This document shows positions 46,568 to 56,235 of a DNA stretch of 64,000 nucleotides, piece after piece. The position numbers were made by a program, and so were the translations under genes. The stretch is from NCBI GenBank assembly GCA_050292425.1, contig JBNKLP010000004.1:1239-65238 (forward strand). The letters are read 5' to 3'. The number at the start of each line of letters is the position of its first letter. Within the stretch, counting starts at the first letter, position 1. Under the pieces are notes generated by a model, which was given only the letters and a program-made list of their open reading frames with translations, made no database searches and was not told the origin of the DNA. The DNA comes from Candidatus Nanoarchaeia archaeon. Lineage in GTDB: Archaea > Nanobdellota > Nanobdellia > Woesearchaeales > UBA583.

Positions 46568-47068
46568 TTATTTTTTATTAATCTTTTTTTCTAAAAAATA
46601 TGAAAAATAACCTTTATATTTTTTTTGTAATTCTGAGTTTTTCCAATCTTCTGTAGTTAATTTTTTTCTACAATTATTAGATCCACAATTACATTCAAAT
46701 TCAAAATAAGGTCCAGCTGCAACAGTACAATAATCAAAAGTAATTTCTTCATTAGGTGAAATGTTTTTCATGGCCTCTAAAAAAATTTGGCCTTTAATTC
46801 CTGAATTTGGTTCACATGAATGATTAATATAATCTCCTGTACCTAAATCTTTAATGTTATTTGGACCAATTAGGAAATCATCATGAATTTGAATTGAGAC
46901 TTCATTTAATTCTTTTGGCAACTTATCCCAAGTTGGAAAATCCATAACTTTACCCCCAAAAATTGCAATTAATTCTCCCTTTTTAATTAGTTTAGTTGCA
47001 AATGTACCTTTATTATGAACAGAATAATTTCTAGTTTCTGCTTTAGAAGTTAAATAGTGAAAACTCAT
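46568..47068 (-). CDS. SET-domain protein lysine methyltransferase
   Basis: YINHSCEPN, EEITFDY and the post-SET CNCGSNNCRKKL. Confidence 0.8.
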   Translation of the reverse strand: MSFHYLTSKAETRNYSVHNKGTFATKLIKKGELIAIFGGKVMDFPTWDKLPKELNEVSIQIHDDFLIGPNNIKDLGTGDYINHSCEPNSGIKGQIFLEAMKNISPNEEITFDYCTVAAGPYFEFECNCGSNNCRKKLTTEDWKNSELQKKYKGYFSYFLEKKINKK

Positions 47069-47171
47069 AATTAGATAATTAATATTAGTTATTAAATACT
47101 TTTTGGTGGATTTATTAGTTTTTTAGATATTAATTTGATGTAACAATAATTATATAAACTTTTTATGTTTA

Positions 47172-48584
47172 ATGAATAATATGTTTGGAAAAATTAGAGA
47201 TAAATTAAAGAATGTTTTTAAGTCATCAGAAGAAATTATAGAGGAGAGCCCTGATGAAGTTGTTGAAGTTGAGGAGCAAGTAGAAGATAAGATTGAAGAA
47301 GAGAAGTCTGTAAAAAATAAAGAGAGTAAACCAAAAGAAAAAAGAGAAAAAATTAGTCAGAAAGAATTAGATATAATTGAAGAGGCCGTTGAAGATGCTC
47401 CTCTTGGAAGGTTAAAAAAGAAGGAAGTTGAAGAGGTAGAAGAACCAGAACCTGAAAAAGAAGAAGAGCCTAAGAAGAAAAAAGGATTTTTCTCAAAAGT
47501 TTTTGGTTCAAAAGATGAAGAAGAGGAAAAAGAGATAGAAAAAGTTCAGGATAACATGCTTGAGGATGTTTCTAAAGAAGAAAAGGATGCTATAAAAGAT
47601 AAGAAAGAATTGCCAACAGAAGAAATTGAAGAAAATAAAGAACAACTTGAAGAAAAGGTAGAAAAAGAAGAGCAAGTAGAAAAGGAAGAAGGATTTTTCT
47701 CAAAAGCTGTTGGTGCTTTAAAGAAAAAGAAGATTACAGATGAAGATTTTGAGAAAATTTGGGTTGAACTTGAAGTATTTTTGCTTGAGATTAATGTTGC
47801 GTATGAAATTGTTGAAAAGATTCAAGAAAGATTGAGAGAAGAGTTGATTGATAATAGTTTTGATAGGTTTAAGCTTTCAGAAAAAATAAGGGAGGTTTTA
47901 GAGAGTGAGGTTGAAAAAGTTCTAAAGGATAGAGAGGCTTCATTTTTGGATGTTCTTAATGATTATAAATCAAAAGGAGAGGTTTTGAAAATTCTTGTTT
48001 TGGGAGTTAATGGGACAGGGAAAACAACATCTATTGCAAAGATTGTAAGGTTTATGCAGAAAAATGAGTTCAAAGTTGTTGTGGCAGCAGCAGATACTTT
48101 TAGAGCAGCAGCAGTTGAGCAGCTTGAGGAGCATGCAAAGAAGCTTGATTTCAAATTAGTTCAACATAAAGGAGGCTCAGATCCTGCAGCCGTAGCTTAT
48201 GATGCAATTGAGCATGCAAATGCAAAGAAGCTTGATGTAGTTTTGATTGATACTGCAGGAAGAATGCCTAATAATTCTAATTTAATGATGGAACTTCAGA
48301 AAGTAAAGAGAGTTAGTGGTGCACAGATGGCTGTTTTTGTGGGAGATAGTATTTCAGGAAATGACCTTATTGATCAAATTGAACTTTTTGACAAAGGTGT
48401 TTCAATTGATGGAGTTATTTTGACAAAAGTTGATACTGATGAGAGACCAGGTTCAATTATTACAACAGCATATTCTATTGAAAAACCAATTTACTTTTTA
48501 GGAATAGGTCAGAATTATGATGATTTGGTTGAGTTTAATGCTCAAGAGGTTGCACATAAGTTGTTTAGTCTGGATGATGAGTAA
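47172..48584 (+). CDS. ftsY: signal recognition particle receptor FtsY with long acidic/Lys-rich A-domain
   Basis: GVNGTGKTTSIAKI, DTFRAAAVEQL, DTAGR and TKVDTDERPG form the SRP-GTPase domain. The roughly 270-aa E/K-rich N-terminus has two GFFSK amphipathic motifs. Confidence 0.9.
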   Translation: MNNMFGKIRDKLKNVFKSSEEIIEESPDEVVEVEEQVEDKIEEEKSVKNKESKPKEKREKISQKELDIIEEAVEDAPLGRLKKKEVEEVEEPEPEKEEEPKKKKGFFSKVFGSKDEEEEKEIEKVQDNMLEDVSKEEKDAIKDKKELPTEEIEENKEQLEEKVEKEEQVEKEEGFFSKAVGALKKKKITDEDFEKIWVELEVFLLEINVAYEIVEKIQERLREELIDNSFDRFKLSEKIREVLESEVEKVLKDREASFLDVLNDYKSKGEVLKILVLGVNGTGKTTSIAKIVRFMQKNEFKVVVAAADTFRAAAVEQLEEHAKKLDFKLVQHKGGSDPAAVAYDAIEHANAKKLDVVLIDTAGRMPNNSNLMMELQKVKRVSGAQMAVFVGDSISGNDLIDQIELFDKGVSIDGVILTKVDTDERPGSIITTAYSIEKPIYFLGIGQNYDDLVEFNAQEVAHKLFSLDDE

Positions 48585-48616
48585 TATTTATATAGTTTTT
48601 ATTTTATTTTTTGTTT

Positions 48617-49516
48617 ATGAGACATAAGAAAGGAAGTTTATCTTTTGGACAGATTATTGGAGTCATTTTGGCTTTATTGTTTTTAGTTGTTAGTTTCTCT
48701 GTTGCAAAGGAAGTTATTTCTGGTTCTGAATATGAAAGATCTATTTTTGAGTGTCAATTTGTTTTTAATAATATTGATGGAAGTGCGACTTATTTTGGAA
48801 AATCCTTGAATTCTCCAAATCTTAATTTTTTCAAAGTTATTGGAGTTACATGTCCTTCAAAGGATTTTGATGTTTCACAAAATAGTGTCTCAGGAGCAGC
48901 ACAACTTGCAGCAGATTGCTGGGCTAAAACAGGTAAAGGAGTTGACATCATGCCAAATACAGTAAATGATTTAGGGGTTTGCCTTTATTGTGGGAGAATA
49001 AATTCCGATGACGAAATTGTTAATTTTGATGATTTGTTTATTGAAGAGATTGTTAAGAAGAAGTATGATGTATTTAATGATTCTGAGATTTTGAATACTA
49101 ATGGTCTGCTTTTATATGATAAGGATTATTTACCAGATAATTTACTTAATGGAGAGTCTTTAGGAGTTTTTTATTATATTTACAAGCCAGGAGTTGGAAA
49201 ATGTAGTGGAAATGATTTCGAGTTTAGTGTTAATGGTTGTACTAGAGATTTTTCAAATTTTGTAGGAAGTTATGTTTCAGTTGGCTCCAAGTTGCTTAGT
49301 GTGTTTGTTGATGGAGGAAACAGTGTTGGAGGAGTATTTTTTGTAAAAATGAATAATGATGAAGCAGCAAAGTTTGATGGTTTTCTTGAAGAGAGTATTG
49401 ATATTAATACTAGTGAAGAAACGATTACAAAGTTAAAGAACAAATTGGATAATACAATAAAGGAGAAAAATTTTGAGTGTGATGTTGTTGTAGTTCCTAA
49501 AAAGAATTTTGATTAA
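48617..49516 (+). CDS. secreted Cys-containing protein with pilin-like (KKG plus hydrophobic helix) N-terminus
   Basis: MRHKKGSLSFGQIIGVILALLFLVVSF. The rest is unassigned. Confidence 0.5.
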   Translation: MRHKKGSLSFGQIIGVILALLFLVVSFSVAKEVISGSEYERSIFECQFVFNNIDGSATYFGKSLNSPNLNFFKVIGVTCPSKDFDVSQNSVSGAAQLAADCWAKTGKGVDIMPNTVNDLGVCLYCGRINSDDEIVNFDDLFIEEIVKKKYDVFNDSEILNTNGLLLYDKDYLPDNLLNGESLGVFYYIYKPGVGKCSGNDFEFSVNGCTRDFSNFVGSYVSVGSKLLSVFVDGGNSVGGVFFVKMNNDEAAKFDGFLEESIDINTSEETITKLKNKLDNTIKEKNFECDVVVVPKKNFD

Positions 49517-49517
49517 A

Positions 49518-50075
49518 TTAATGATAAAATATATTGTTTTCTTTTTTTATTGCATATCTTGAGAATCTTGAATTAAGTTCTGCCTGCATTGCAGGAATTG
49601 ACAATATCACAAATATGAATAAAAGACCCAATAAATAAAGATCAAACAAGAAACAAATTATTCCTACAATGCCCAAGAAGAAAAGGAAGAACCAGAAGAA
49701 TCCTTGAGTCTGGGTAACTCTTCCAAATGAGATACAAAAATCCAAAAGATATTTTAATATTAAGAAGAATATAATTCCCCATCCAACAATATTTATTATT
49801 TCAATTGCGAGGTTTTCTTTTGTGAAGATAAGAGTTCTTAATACTTGCATTATGAAAAACCAGGCAAAAGGAAATATCATCATGATTATAGCTCCTCTGT
49901 TTGAGTCAGGAGCTTCTGTATCAAGTGTCTCGAATTCTTTGTTTCTCAAGTAAAGCCAATTGATGATATAAAGACCAAGGGTTATTATTGTAAGACCTAA
50001 AATAAGGGACGGGCTTATTTGATGATATTGTTTGTAGAATTTGGAGTTCTTTGCAAGTGTGTTTTTTGCATTCAT
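49518..50075 (-). CDS. membrane protein, DUF4234-like N-terminus
   Basis: LGLTIITLGLYIINWLY resembles the DUF4234 motif. Four to five TM helices. Confidence 0.4.
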   Translation of the reverse strand: MNAKNTLAKNSKFYKQYHQISPSLILGLTIITLGLYIINWLYLRNKEFETLDTEAPDSNRGAIIMMIFPFAWFFIMQVLRTLIFTKENLAIEIINIVGWGIIFFLILKYLLDFCISFGRVTQTQGFFWFFLFFLGIVGIICFLFDLYLLGLLFIFVILSIPAMQAELNSRFSRYAIKKENNIFYH

Positions 50076-50145
50076 ATAATATTTATTTTATTTTCAAGTT
50101 TATTAATCTTTTTAGTTTTTGTATAAGAATAACATTTGAGAAAAG

Positions 50146-50220
50146 GACTAAGCCCGGGATTTGAACCCGAACTAGGAGAGCCACAATCTCCTGTGCGAAC
50201 CAGGTTACACTAACTTAGTC
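50146..50220 (-). tRNA. tRNA-His (GTG) with encoded G-1
   Basis: Reverse complement G(-1)-ACTAAGT...GGAGA-TTGTGGC-TCTCC...CCGGG-TTCAAAT-CCCGG-GCTTAGT-C. Anticodon GUG. G-1 pairs with C73, as expected for tRNA-His. Confidence 0.85.
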
Positions 50221-50305
50221 ATTACCTTTGGTAATTTAAAGTAATTTATTTCATATTATAAAGATTATCGTTTTTACTTTAATTTCAGGTAGGAAAACTT
50301 TATAT

Positions 50306-51727
50306 ATGCTGGTGGAGAAAATTAGTGTTATGAGTATTTTTAAAGCATATGATATTAGAGGAATTTATGGAAAAGATTTAACTGAAAAAGAGGCATATTT
50401 GACGGCTTTTTATTTAGCCAAACATTTGGATTTTGATGAGTTCAAGGTAGCACATGATTTGAGGCTTTCTCATGAATCTTTAACGAAGTTTTTCATTCAA
50501 GGTCTTTTGGATGCCGAGGTTAAAGTTATTTATTTGGGAAAGAGTTCAACTCCTAATTTTTATTTTTCATTGTTTAACGAGTGTGATAGTGGAGTAATGA
50601 TAACAGCATCACATAATCCAAAGGAGTATAATGGATTTAAGATTATGTTTGAAGGAGAGAGTTTTGATTCGAGAAACGGACTTTATGAAGTGGGGAAACT
50701 AGTAGAGGGTGATGCTCAAGGAAAAGGAGCTGATTTTGATTTGATTTGTGATTCTGTTAATTCTATTAGTCTTTTTGATATGTTTGATGAGTATGAGATT
50801 GAACAAGATTCAACTTTGGAAAATTATGTGACTTTTTTAAAAGATTTTTATGATATGGCTTTAACTGAACAGGAAAGAGAAGTTTTGGAAAGTGTTGAGT
50901 TTGGAGTTGATTTTTCATCAGGTGTTAGTAGTTTGGCAGTAGTTCCATTTTTAGAACTTACAAAATTGAATTATAATTTGTATAATGAAAAACCGAATGG
51001 AAATTTTCCTGTGCATAGTCCAGATCCTGTTAAAGCAGAGGATTTTTTGAAGAATAATGCAAAAGGCAATTTTTTTACTGCTGCTTTTGACGGAGATGGG
51101 GACAGAATTGTTTTTTATGACGATAATTCTAATAGGATCATGCAGGATTATGTGATTGCAAAGTACATTGATTTTTTTAGTGAAAGGTACAAAAATTTTG
51201 TTTGTGATCTTAGAGTTTCAAAGATTATTTCTGAAATCTCAAAGAAAAAAGATTTGAAAACAGATTTGATAAGAGTAGGTAGAGCTTTTTATAAGGATCA
51301 TATGGATAAACATCACTGTGTTTTTGGAGCAGAGCTTTCAGGCCATCTTTTTTTCAGAGATTTTCACAATCTGGATAATCCTGATATTGCATTGATTTAC
51401 ATGTTTAAGTTTCTTGCGCAAAATTTGCTTTCAAAGAAGAAGGTGAAATTTTCAAAGATGTTTGAAAGTTATGAAAAGTTTTTTAAGATTGCTGAGACTA
51501 ATTTGGAAGTAAAAGATGCTGATAGAGTTATTGAAGGTTTGGCAAAGGAGTTTAAAGAGAATATTGTGATGGAGATTGATGGTGTTTCTTTTGATTTTAA
51601 GGATTATTGGTTTAATATTAGGAAATCAAATACTGAACCAATAGTTAGAGTTAATTTTGAAGGTGTTGAAGAGAGTAAAACAAGGGCTGAGTTTAAGAAG
51701 CTTTTGAAGTTAATTGAGAATTTTTGA
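50306..51727 (+). CDS. phosphoglucomutase/phosphomannomutase family protein
   Basis: IFKAYDIRG, active-site TASHNPKEYNGFK, metal site FDGDGDR and the sugar loop GAELSGH. The start may be ATG 50330. Confidence 0.85.
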   Translation: MLVEKISVMSIFKAYDIRGIYGKDLTEKEAYLTAFYLAKHLDFDEFKVAHDLRLSHESLTKFFIQGLLDAEVKVIYLGKSSTPNFYFSLFNECDSGVMITASHNPKEYNGFKIMFEGESFDSRNGLYEVGKLVEGDAQGKGADFDLICDSVNSISLFDMFDEYEIEQDSTLENYVTFLKDFYDMALTEQEREVLESVEFGVDFSSGVSSLAVVPFLELTKLNYNLYNEKPNGNFPVHSPDPVKAEDFLKNNAKGNFFTAAFDGDGDRIVFYDDNSNRIMQDYVIAKYIDFFSERYKNFVCDLRVSKIISEISKKKDLKTDLIRVGRAFYKDHMDKHHCVFGAELSGHLFFRDFHNLDNPDIALIYMFKFLAQNLLSKKKVKFSKMFESYEKFFKIAETNLEVKDADRVIEGLAKEFKENIVMEIDGVSFDFKDYWFNIRKSNTEPIVRVNFEGVEESKTRAEFKKLLKLIENF

Positions 51728-51767
51728 TTCTCAAAAGGTTTAAAATTATATGTCAATTTGATATATT

Positions 51768-52010
51768 ATGAGTGATTTGTCAGATTGTATTGGTAATAGA
51801 AGAGTTATCTCAACTGCTGATGCTAGAAAATGTTTGAGAGAATTAGTGGATGAGAGTATTGCGGGAGAAGTTAGTAATTGGACAAGATATTCAAAACACA
51901 AAGTGAGTTTGGTACCTTTAGATTATTTGAAAATTATAAATTATCTTGAGAGTCAAGGTTTGTATAATGAATATTTACAAAGAGGAAGAGAGCTTTTGAT
52001 TTCCAATTAA
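51768..52010 (+). CDS. small protein, Phd/YefM antitoxin-like N-terminus (weak)
   Basis: RRVISTADARKCLRELVDES...VSLVPLDYLKII resembles the Phd/YefM pattern. No toxin partner is adjacent. Confidence 0.3.
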   Translation: MSDLSDCIGNRRVISTADARKCLRELVDESIAGEVSNWTRYSKHKVSLVPLDYLKIINYLESQGLYNEYLQRGRELLISN

Positions 52011-52068
52011 TTTTAGATTGTAAATATTTCTTCTTAGTCACTGCAAAAGTATGATAAATCTTTAAGTT

Positions 52069-53130
52069 ATGTTTTTACCATACTTTTTTATGAATAAAGA
52101 ATTATCAGAAATTAAAGAAGAAATTTCATCTTCTGGAAAAAAGATAAGAGTAGCTATTAATGGTTTTGGTAGAATTGGTAGGATGATTTTCAGAGCTGGT
52201 CTTAATGATCCTAATATTGAGTTTGTTGCAATTAACGACCTTGGAGGACCAGATATGATGAGATATTTTTTGAAGTTTGATACAACTCAAGGAACATTGC
52301 CACTTGATGTTGTGGTTGATGGAGATGATTTGGTTGTAGGAGATAGAAGAGTTAAGGTTTTAAAAATCAAGGATATTCATGAACTTCCATGGAAGGATTT
52401 AGGAATTGATGTTGTTGCTGAGTGTACTGGTATTTTTACTGATGCAGATCAAACAAAGATTCATCTTGAAAATGGGGCAAAGAAGGTTGTTATTTCTGCG
52501 CCAGGTAAGGGAGAGTGTTTTTATTTAGTTAGGGGAGTTAATGATGAGAGTTATGATGGAACAAAGATAGTTTCAAATGGTTCTTGTACAACTAATTCAA
52601 TGAGTGCTGTAGTTAATGAAATTCACAAAAAGTATGGAATTGACAAGGGAATGTTTGCAACAGTTCATTCTGTTACAGGAGATCAAAGAATTCTTGATGC
52701 ACCTCATAAAAAGTTCAGAAGGGGAAGAGCTGCACCATTTAACATTGTACCAACATCAACTGGTGCTGCAAAGTCAGTTATCAAACTTATTCCCGAACTT
52801 GAAGGAAGATTGCATGGTGTTGCATACAGAGTTCCAACGCCTACTGGGAGTGTTACTGATTTGAATCTTGAGTTGAAGAAAAATGTTACAAAAGAGGAAA
52901 TTAATTCATTTTTGAGAGAGATTTGTTCAAACAAGCTTAGTGGGATTGTTGAATATTCTGAAGAAGAATTGGTTTCATCTGACATTGTTGGCAATCCACA
53001 TTCAGGTATTATTGATGGGCTTTCAACTGAAGTGGTTGCAGGGAATTTACTAAAGCTTGTTATTTGGTATGATAATGAGTGGGGATTCTCTAATAGGATG
53101 GTTGAAGTTATTAAGTTAATTTCTAAATAA
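52069..53130 (+). CDS. gap: glyceraldehyde-3-phosphate dehydrogenase, class I (bacterial/eukaryal type)
   Basis: INGFGRIGR, the SNGSCTTN catalytic Cys motif, and WYDNEWGFS. The likely start is ATG 52090 (MNKEL). Confidence 0.9.
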   Translation: MFLPYFFMNKELSEIKEEISSSGKKIRVAINGFGRIGRMIFRAGLNDPNIEFVAINDLGGPDMMRYFLKFDTTQGTLPLDVVVDGDDLVVGDRRVKVLKIKDIHELPWKDLGIDVVAECTGIFTDADQTKIHLENGAKKVVISAPGKGECFYLVRGVNDESYDGTKIVSNGSCTTNSMSAVVNEIHKKYGIDKGMFATVHSVTGDQRILDAPHKKFRRGRAAPFNIVPTSTGAAKSVIKLIPELEGRLHGVAYRVPTPTGSVTDLNLELKKNVTKEEINSFLREICSNKLSGIVEYSEEELVSSDIVGNPHSGIIDGLSTEVVAGNLLKLVIWYDNEWGFSNRMVEVIKLISK

Positions 53131-53203
53131 TTTTTATTTTTTCTAAAGTTAACTTGCTGAGAAGTTACAAATATTTAAATATGTAATAGTTTTAAAATTA
53201 GGT

Positions 53204-53536
53204 ATGGAAATAGCAGGAATTGAGTTTACAGGTTTTCAACTTTTTTTGATAGGGGCTTTGTTGTTTGTGACAATCTTTGGTTTTTTTAATATGCTTAGGG
53301 TGAAGAAAAGAAAGAAAGAAATGGAGAATTTTGATTATTCAGATTATAATGATGACAAGAATACTGATTATTCTAATGATGGAATTAGGGATTATATTGT
53401 TGAGTATAAAGGGCAGTATGATAGAGAATCTATCAAGACTGCTTTGGTTAATGCTGGAAATAATACTGATGAAGTTGAAAAGTACTTAGTAAAATTTTTT
53501 GATTCTGATGAAAAGAATCAAGAAGAGCAAAATTAA
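53204..53536 (+). CDS. small single-pass membrane protein (110 aa)
   Basis: One N-terminal TM helix (FQLFLIGALLFVTIFGFF), then a charged tail. Confidence 0.45.
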   Translation: MEIAGIEFTGFQLFLIGALLFVTIFGFFNMLRVKKRKKEMENFDYSDYNDDKNTDYSNDGIRDYIVEYKGQYDRESIKTALVNAGNNTDEVEKYLVKFFDSDEKNQEEQN

Positions 53537-53539
53537 AAT

Positions 53540-54280
53540 TCACTTGCCAAAGTTTCTTTTTTGTTCTTTGAACCAGTTCATTATCTGAACGAAGTCTGCT
53601 TCATTCATTTCAGGCCATAGTTTTCTTGTTAAGTAGATTTCAGAATATTCTGAGTCCCACAATAAAAATCCAGAAATTCTAGGAGCATTTCCAGGTCTTA
53701 CTATTATTTGTGGAGATGAAGTATCATTGAACCAAAGGTTTTTCTTAATTGTTTTTTCGTTTATTGATTTTTCTTTTAACTCTCCTGCATTGATTTGTTT
53801 TATAATTTGTTTGAAAGAGTGAAGGATTTCTTTTTGTCCATCATAATTTAAGGCGATATTTACAATGAACTTTTCTTTTCCTACTTTTTCGTTTAATTCT
53901 TCCATTGATTTTTCGAGTTTTTTTATGAATTGCTCATCTTCTTTTGATGTTTTTTTTTCGAGTTTTTTTATCTCGTCAAGATCGCCTTTTATGTTAATTC
54001 GAATTTTGTGATTAATAAAAAAATCTTTTATTTGCTCATTTTCTGAGAACATCCTAATGAGTTTTATTAGAACTTTTTTTTCATCTTGAGGTCTTTTGAT
54101 ATAATTGTCATTTGATAGAGCAAAAAAACTTGTTTGAGGCAAATTGTATTTTACTTGCAGACTTACAAATTCAAGAAATTTTTCCATGCCTTTTTGGTAT
54201 CCTTCTTCTTTGGAAATTCCTTGTTTTTCTGAGTATCTTCTATTCCCATCCATAATAAATGCGATGTGATCCAAATCCAT
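53540..54280 (-). CDS. uppS: cis-prenyltransferase (undecaprenyl-diphosphate synthase family)
   Basis: HIAFIMDGNRRY, FALSNDN, RPGNAPRISGFLLWDSEYSEIY. Carries a charged insertion of about 35 aa. Confidence 0.85.
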   Translation of the reverse strand: MDLDHIAFIMDGNRRYSEKQGISKEEGYQKGMEKFLEFVSLQVKYNLPQTSFFALSNDNYIKRPQDEKKVLIKLIRMFSENEQIKDFFINHKIRINIKGDLDEIKKLEKKTSKEDEQFIKKLEKSMEELNEKVGKEKFIVNIALNYDGQKEILHSFKQIIKQINAGELKEKSINEKTIKKNLWFNDTSSPQIIVRPGNAPRISGFLLWDSEYSEIYLTRKLWPEMNEADFVQIMNWFKEQKRNFGK

Positions 54281-54301
54281 ATTTTTACTACTTTCAAAAA
54301 G

Positions 54302-54309
54302 TTTATAAA
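54302..54309. promoter_or_regulatory. palindromic TATA box (TTTATAAA) shared by divergent uppS and the 54331 gene
   Basis: Lies 22-29 nt from both divergent start codons (54280 minus, 54331 plus). Confidence 0.45.
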
Positions 54310-54330
54310 TGTTCTTAATTAATATTTAAT

Positions 54331-55305
54331 ATGCTAAGGCAGATTAATTTAGTTTTTATTTTAGTTTTTAGTATGTTTGCAGTTTTCTCTGCCACAGTGG
54401 ATGTTAATGTAAATGTAAAAGAGGATGTTTCCTTGTTTGTTTATTCTTTGAAGTTTGATGAAAATGAGAGTTATTCAAGTTTTTCTTTTGAAAAACCAAG
54501 AGATGCAAGCATAATTGCTGCAAAGAATTCAGATGGTGAAAGTTTAAGTTATAAAGTTGCTGGAGATTATTTCATTTTTACTCCTGAAGACACAAATGGA
54601 CAGAATTTTGAAGTTGTTTTAAAATCAAAATTTCTTTCTGAAGAAGTTTTAAGCAAGAACTCATTTTCAACATATGTTAATTTTAATTTTCCTGTTGAAA
54701 CCTTAGTTTTTAATTTGTTTTTTGATGGAAATTTTAATGAGGTTCAAGACAGGTTTCCAAGAGATTATGAAGTGTCCGATACAGGAGAAATAATATGGAC
54801 ATTAGAAAATGTTGAAGAGGACACATTTTTTTTAGTTAATTTTGAAGCTAATTCTCCTAATGATTTTTTACAAACAAACTTAGTTTATCTGATGATTGGA
54901 CTTTTTGTTGTTATTCTAGTTCTTATAATTGTAAGTTCTTTTGTTTTTTTTAAATTCAGAAAGACTTTGGTTAATGGTGAAGTTGTGAAGAAAGAACAAA
55001 AGGAAGAAAAAGAAGAAAGTGAAGAGGAGATAACAGAAGAAAAGTTTGAAGAATTTACTGCAAAATATTTGACAGAAAATGAAAAAGAAGTTGTGGATGT
55101 TGTTAAAGAAAATGAGGGGATTTCACAATATGACATATTGAATTATCTTCCTCAACTTACAAAGTCAAATTTGAGTAAGATTATTTCCAAGCTTAATGCA
55201 AAGAGAATCTTGGACAGGGTAAAGGTAGGAAAAATTAACAAAATTTATCTTGGGGAAAAACTCAAGAATGAAGAGAAGTCTGAGAAAAAAGACAAAGATA
55301 ATTGA
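54331..55305 (+). CDS. membrane-anchored winged-helix transcription regulator-like protein
   Basis: Signal/anchor sequence, a roughly 180-aa extracytoplasmic domain, and the TM helix LVYLMIGLFVVILVLIIVSSFVFF. An acidic linker follows, then a C-terminal wHTH (EKEVVDVVKENEGISQYDILNYLPQLTKSNLSKIISKLNAKRILDR). Confidence 0.55.
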   Translation: MLRQINLVFILVFSMFAVFSATVDVNVNVKEDVSLFVYSLKFDENESYSSFSFEKPRDASIIAAKNSDGESLSYKVAGDYFIFTPEDTNGQNFEVVLKSKFLSEEVLSKNSFSTYVNFNFPVETLVFNLFFDGNFNEVQDRFPRDYEVSDTGEIIWTLENVEEDTFFLVNFEANSPNDFLQTNLVYLMIGLFVVILVLIIVSSFVFFKFRKTLVNGEVVKKEQKEEKEESEEEITEEKFEEFTAKYLTENEKEVVDVVKENEGISQYDILNYLPQLTKSNLSKIISKLNAKRILDRVKVGKINKIYLGEKLKNEEKSEKKDKDN

Positions 55306-55308
55306 TAA

Positions 55309-56235
55309 ATGAAAGAACTTAATTTGGAATTGCTGGAGAAGTTAGGAAAGTTTACGCATGAGCTTAGGATTAAAAGTTATGATTTTGTTAAGGAAGGAGC
55401 AAAAGTAAGTGATGTGATTGATTTTGTTGAGAAAAGTATTTTTGAGAAGGGTTATCTACCAGCTTTTCCCTGTACTGTCTGCATTAATGATATGGCAGCG
55501 CATTTAACAGTTTTTGATGAAGAAAAAGTTTTTGAAAAAGGTGATGTTGTAAAGATAGATTTTGGAGTTAGCAAGGATGGATTTATTACTGATAATGCAT
55601 ATACTGTTGAGATTGGAACTTCAAAGTATAAGGATTTGATGGATGCAAATTTGAAGGGACTTAATGCTGTTATGGAAAAAGTTAATGTTGGAGTTGCTAT
55701 GAGTGAACTTGGAAAGACTGTACATGATATTGCAGTGAATGCAGGTTTTGAGACAATACATAATCTGTCTGGACATCAAATTGCAAATAATAATTTGCAT
55801 TGCGGACTTTCTGTTCCTAATTTTGATAATACTGATTCAAGGGTTGTTGAAGAAAATATGGAGCTTGCAATTGAGCCTTTTTTTACTATTGGTTCTCCAA
55901 GAGTAAAGAGTGCCGGAAATTCAAATATTTTACATCTTCAATCTGATAAACCTGTTCGTGATCCTTTTGCAAAAAAAGTTTTGATGTTTATCAGAGAGAA
56001 TTTTGCTTATTTGCCTTTTTCAAAGAGGTGGTTGGTAAAAGAAGTGAGGGAAAATTTAGGACTTGAAGGAGGATTTGATAAGAGAAAAGTTTTGTATGCT
56101 CTTAGGGTTTTGAAAGCTCAAGGGATTATTTATGAGTATGACGCACTAGCAACTGTTGATGGGGCTATTGTTTCACAGTTTGAAGATGCAGTTGTTTTTG
56201 CAAATGGAAAGAAGAGCATTATTACTCGATTATAG
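55309..56235 (+). CDS. map: methionine aminopeptidase, type 2 (archaeal)
   Basis: Pita-bread fold pattern (AFPCTVCINDMAAH, VKIDFGVSKDGFITDNAYT, SGHQI, AIEPF) with a C-terminal helical insert typical of type 2. Confidence 0.85.
   Translation: MKELNLELLEKLGKFTHELRIKSYDFVKEGAKVSDVIDFVEKSIFEKGYLPAFPCTVCINDMAAHLTVFDEEKVFEKGDVVKIDFGVSKDGFITDNAYTVEIGTSKYKDLMDANLKGLNAVMEKVNVGVAMSELGKTVHDIAVNAGFETIHNLSGHQIANNNLHCGLSVPNFDNTDSRVVEENMELAIEPFFTIGSPRVKSAGNSNILHLQSDKPVRDPFAKKVLMFIRENFAYLPFSKRWLVKEVRENLGLEGGFDKRKVLYALRVLKAQGIIYEYDALATVDGAIVSQFEDAVVFANGKKSIITRL

Noticed and set aside
47172-47990. The E/K-rich repetitive region as a separate gene or mobile repeat
   Set aside because: It is in frame and continuous with the FtsY NG domain. 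Long acidic A-domains with GFFSK-type amphipathic membrane-targeting motifs are a known FtsY feature.
51768-52010. Type II toxin-antitoxin module based on the Phd/YefM-like small protein
   Set aside because: There is no adjacent toxin-sized ORF. The neighbours are a phosphomutase gene and GAPDH, and the similarity is weak and by eye only.
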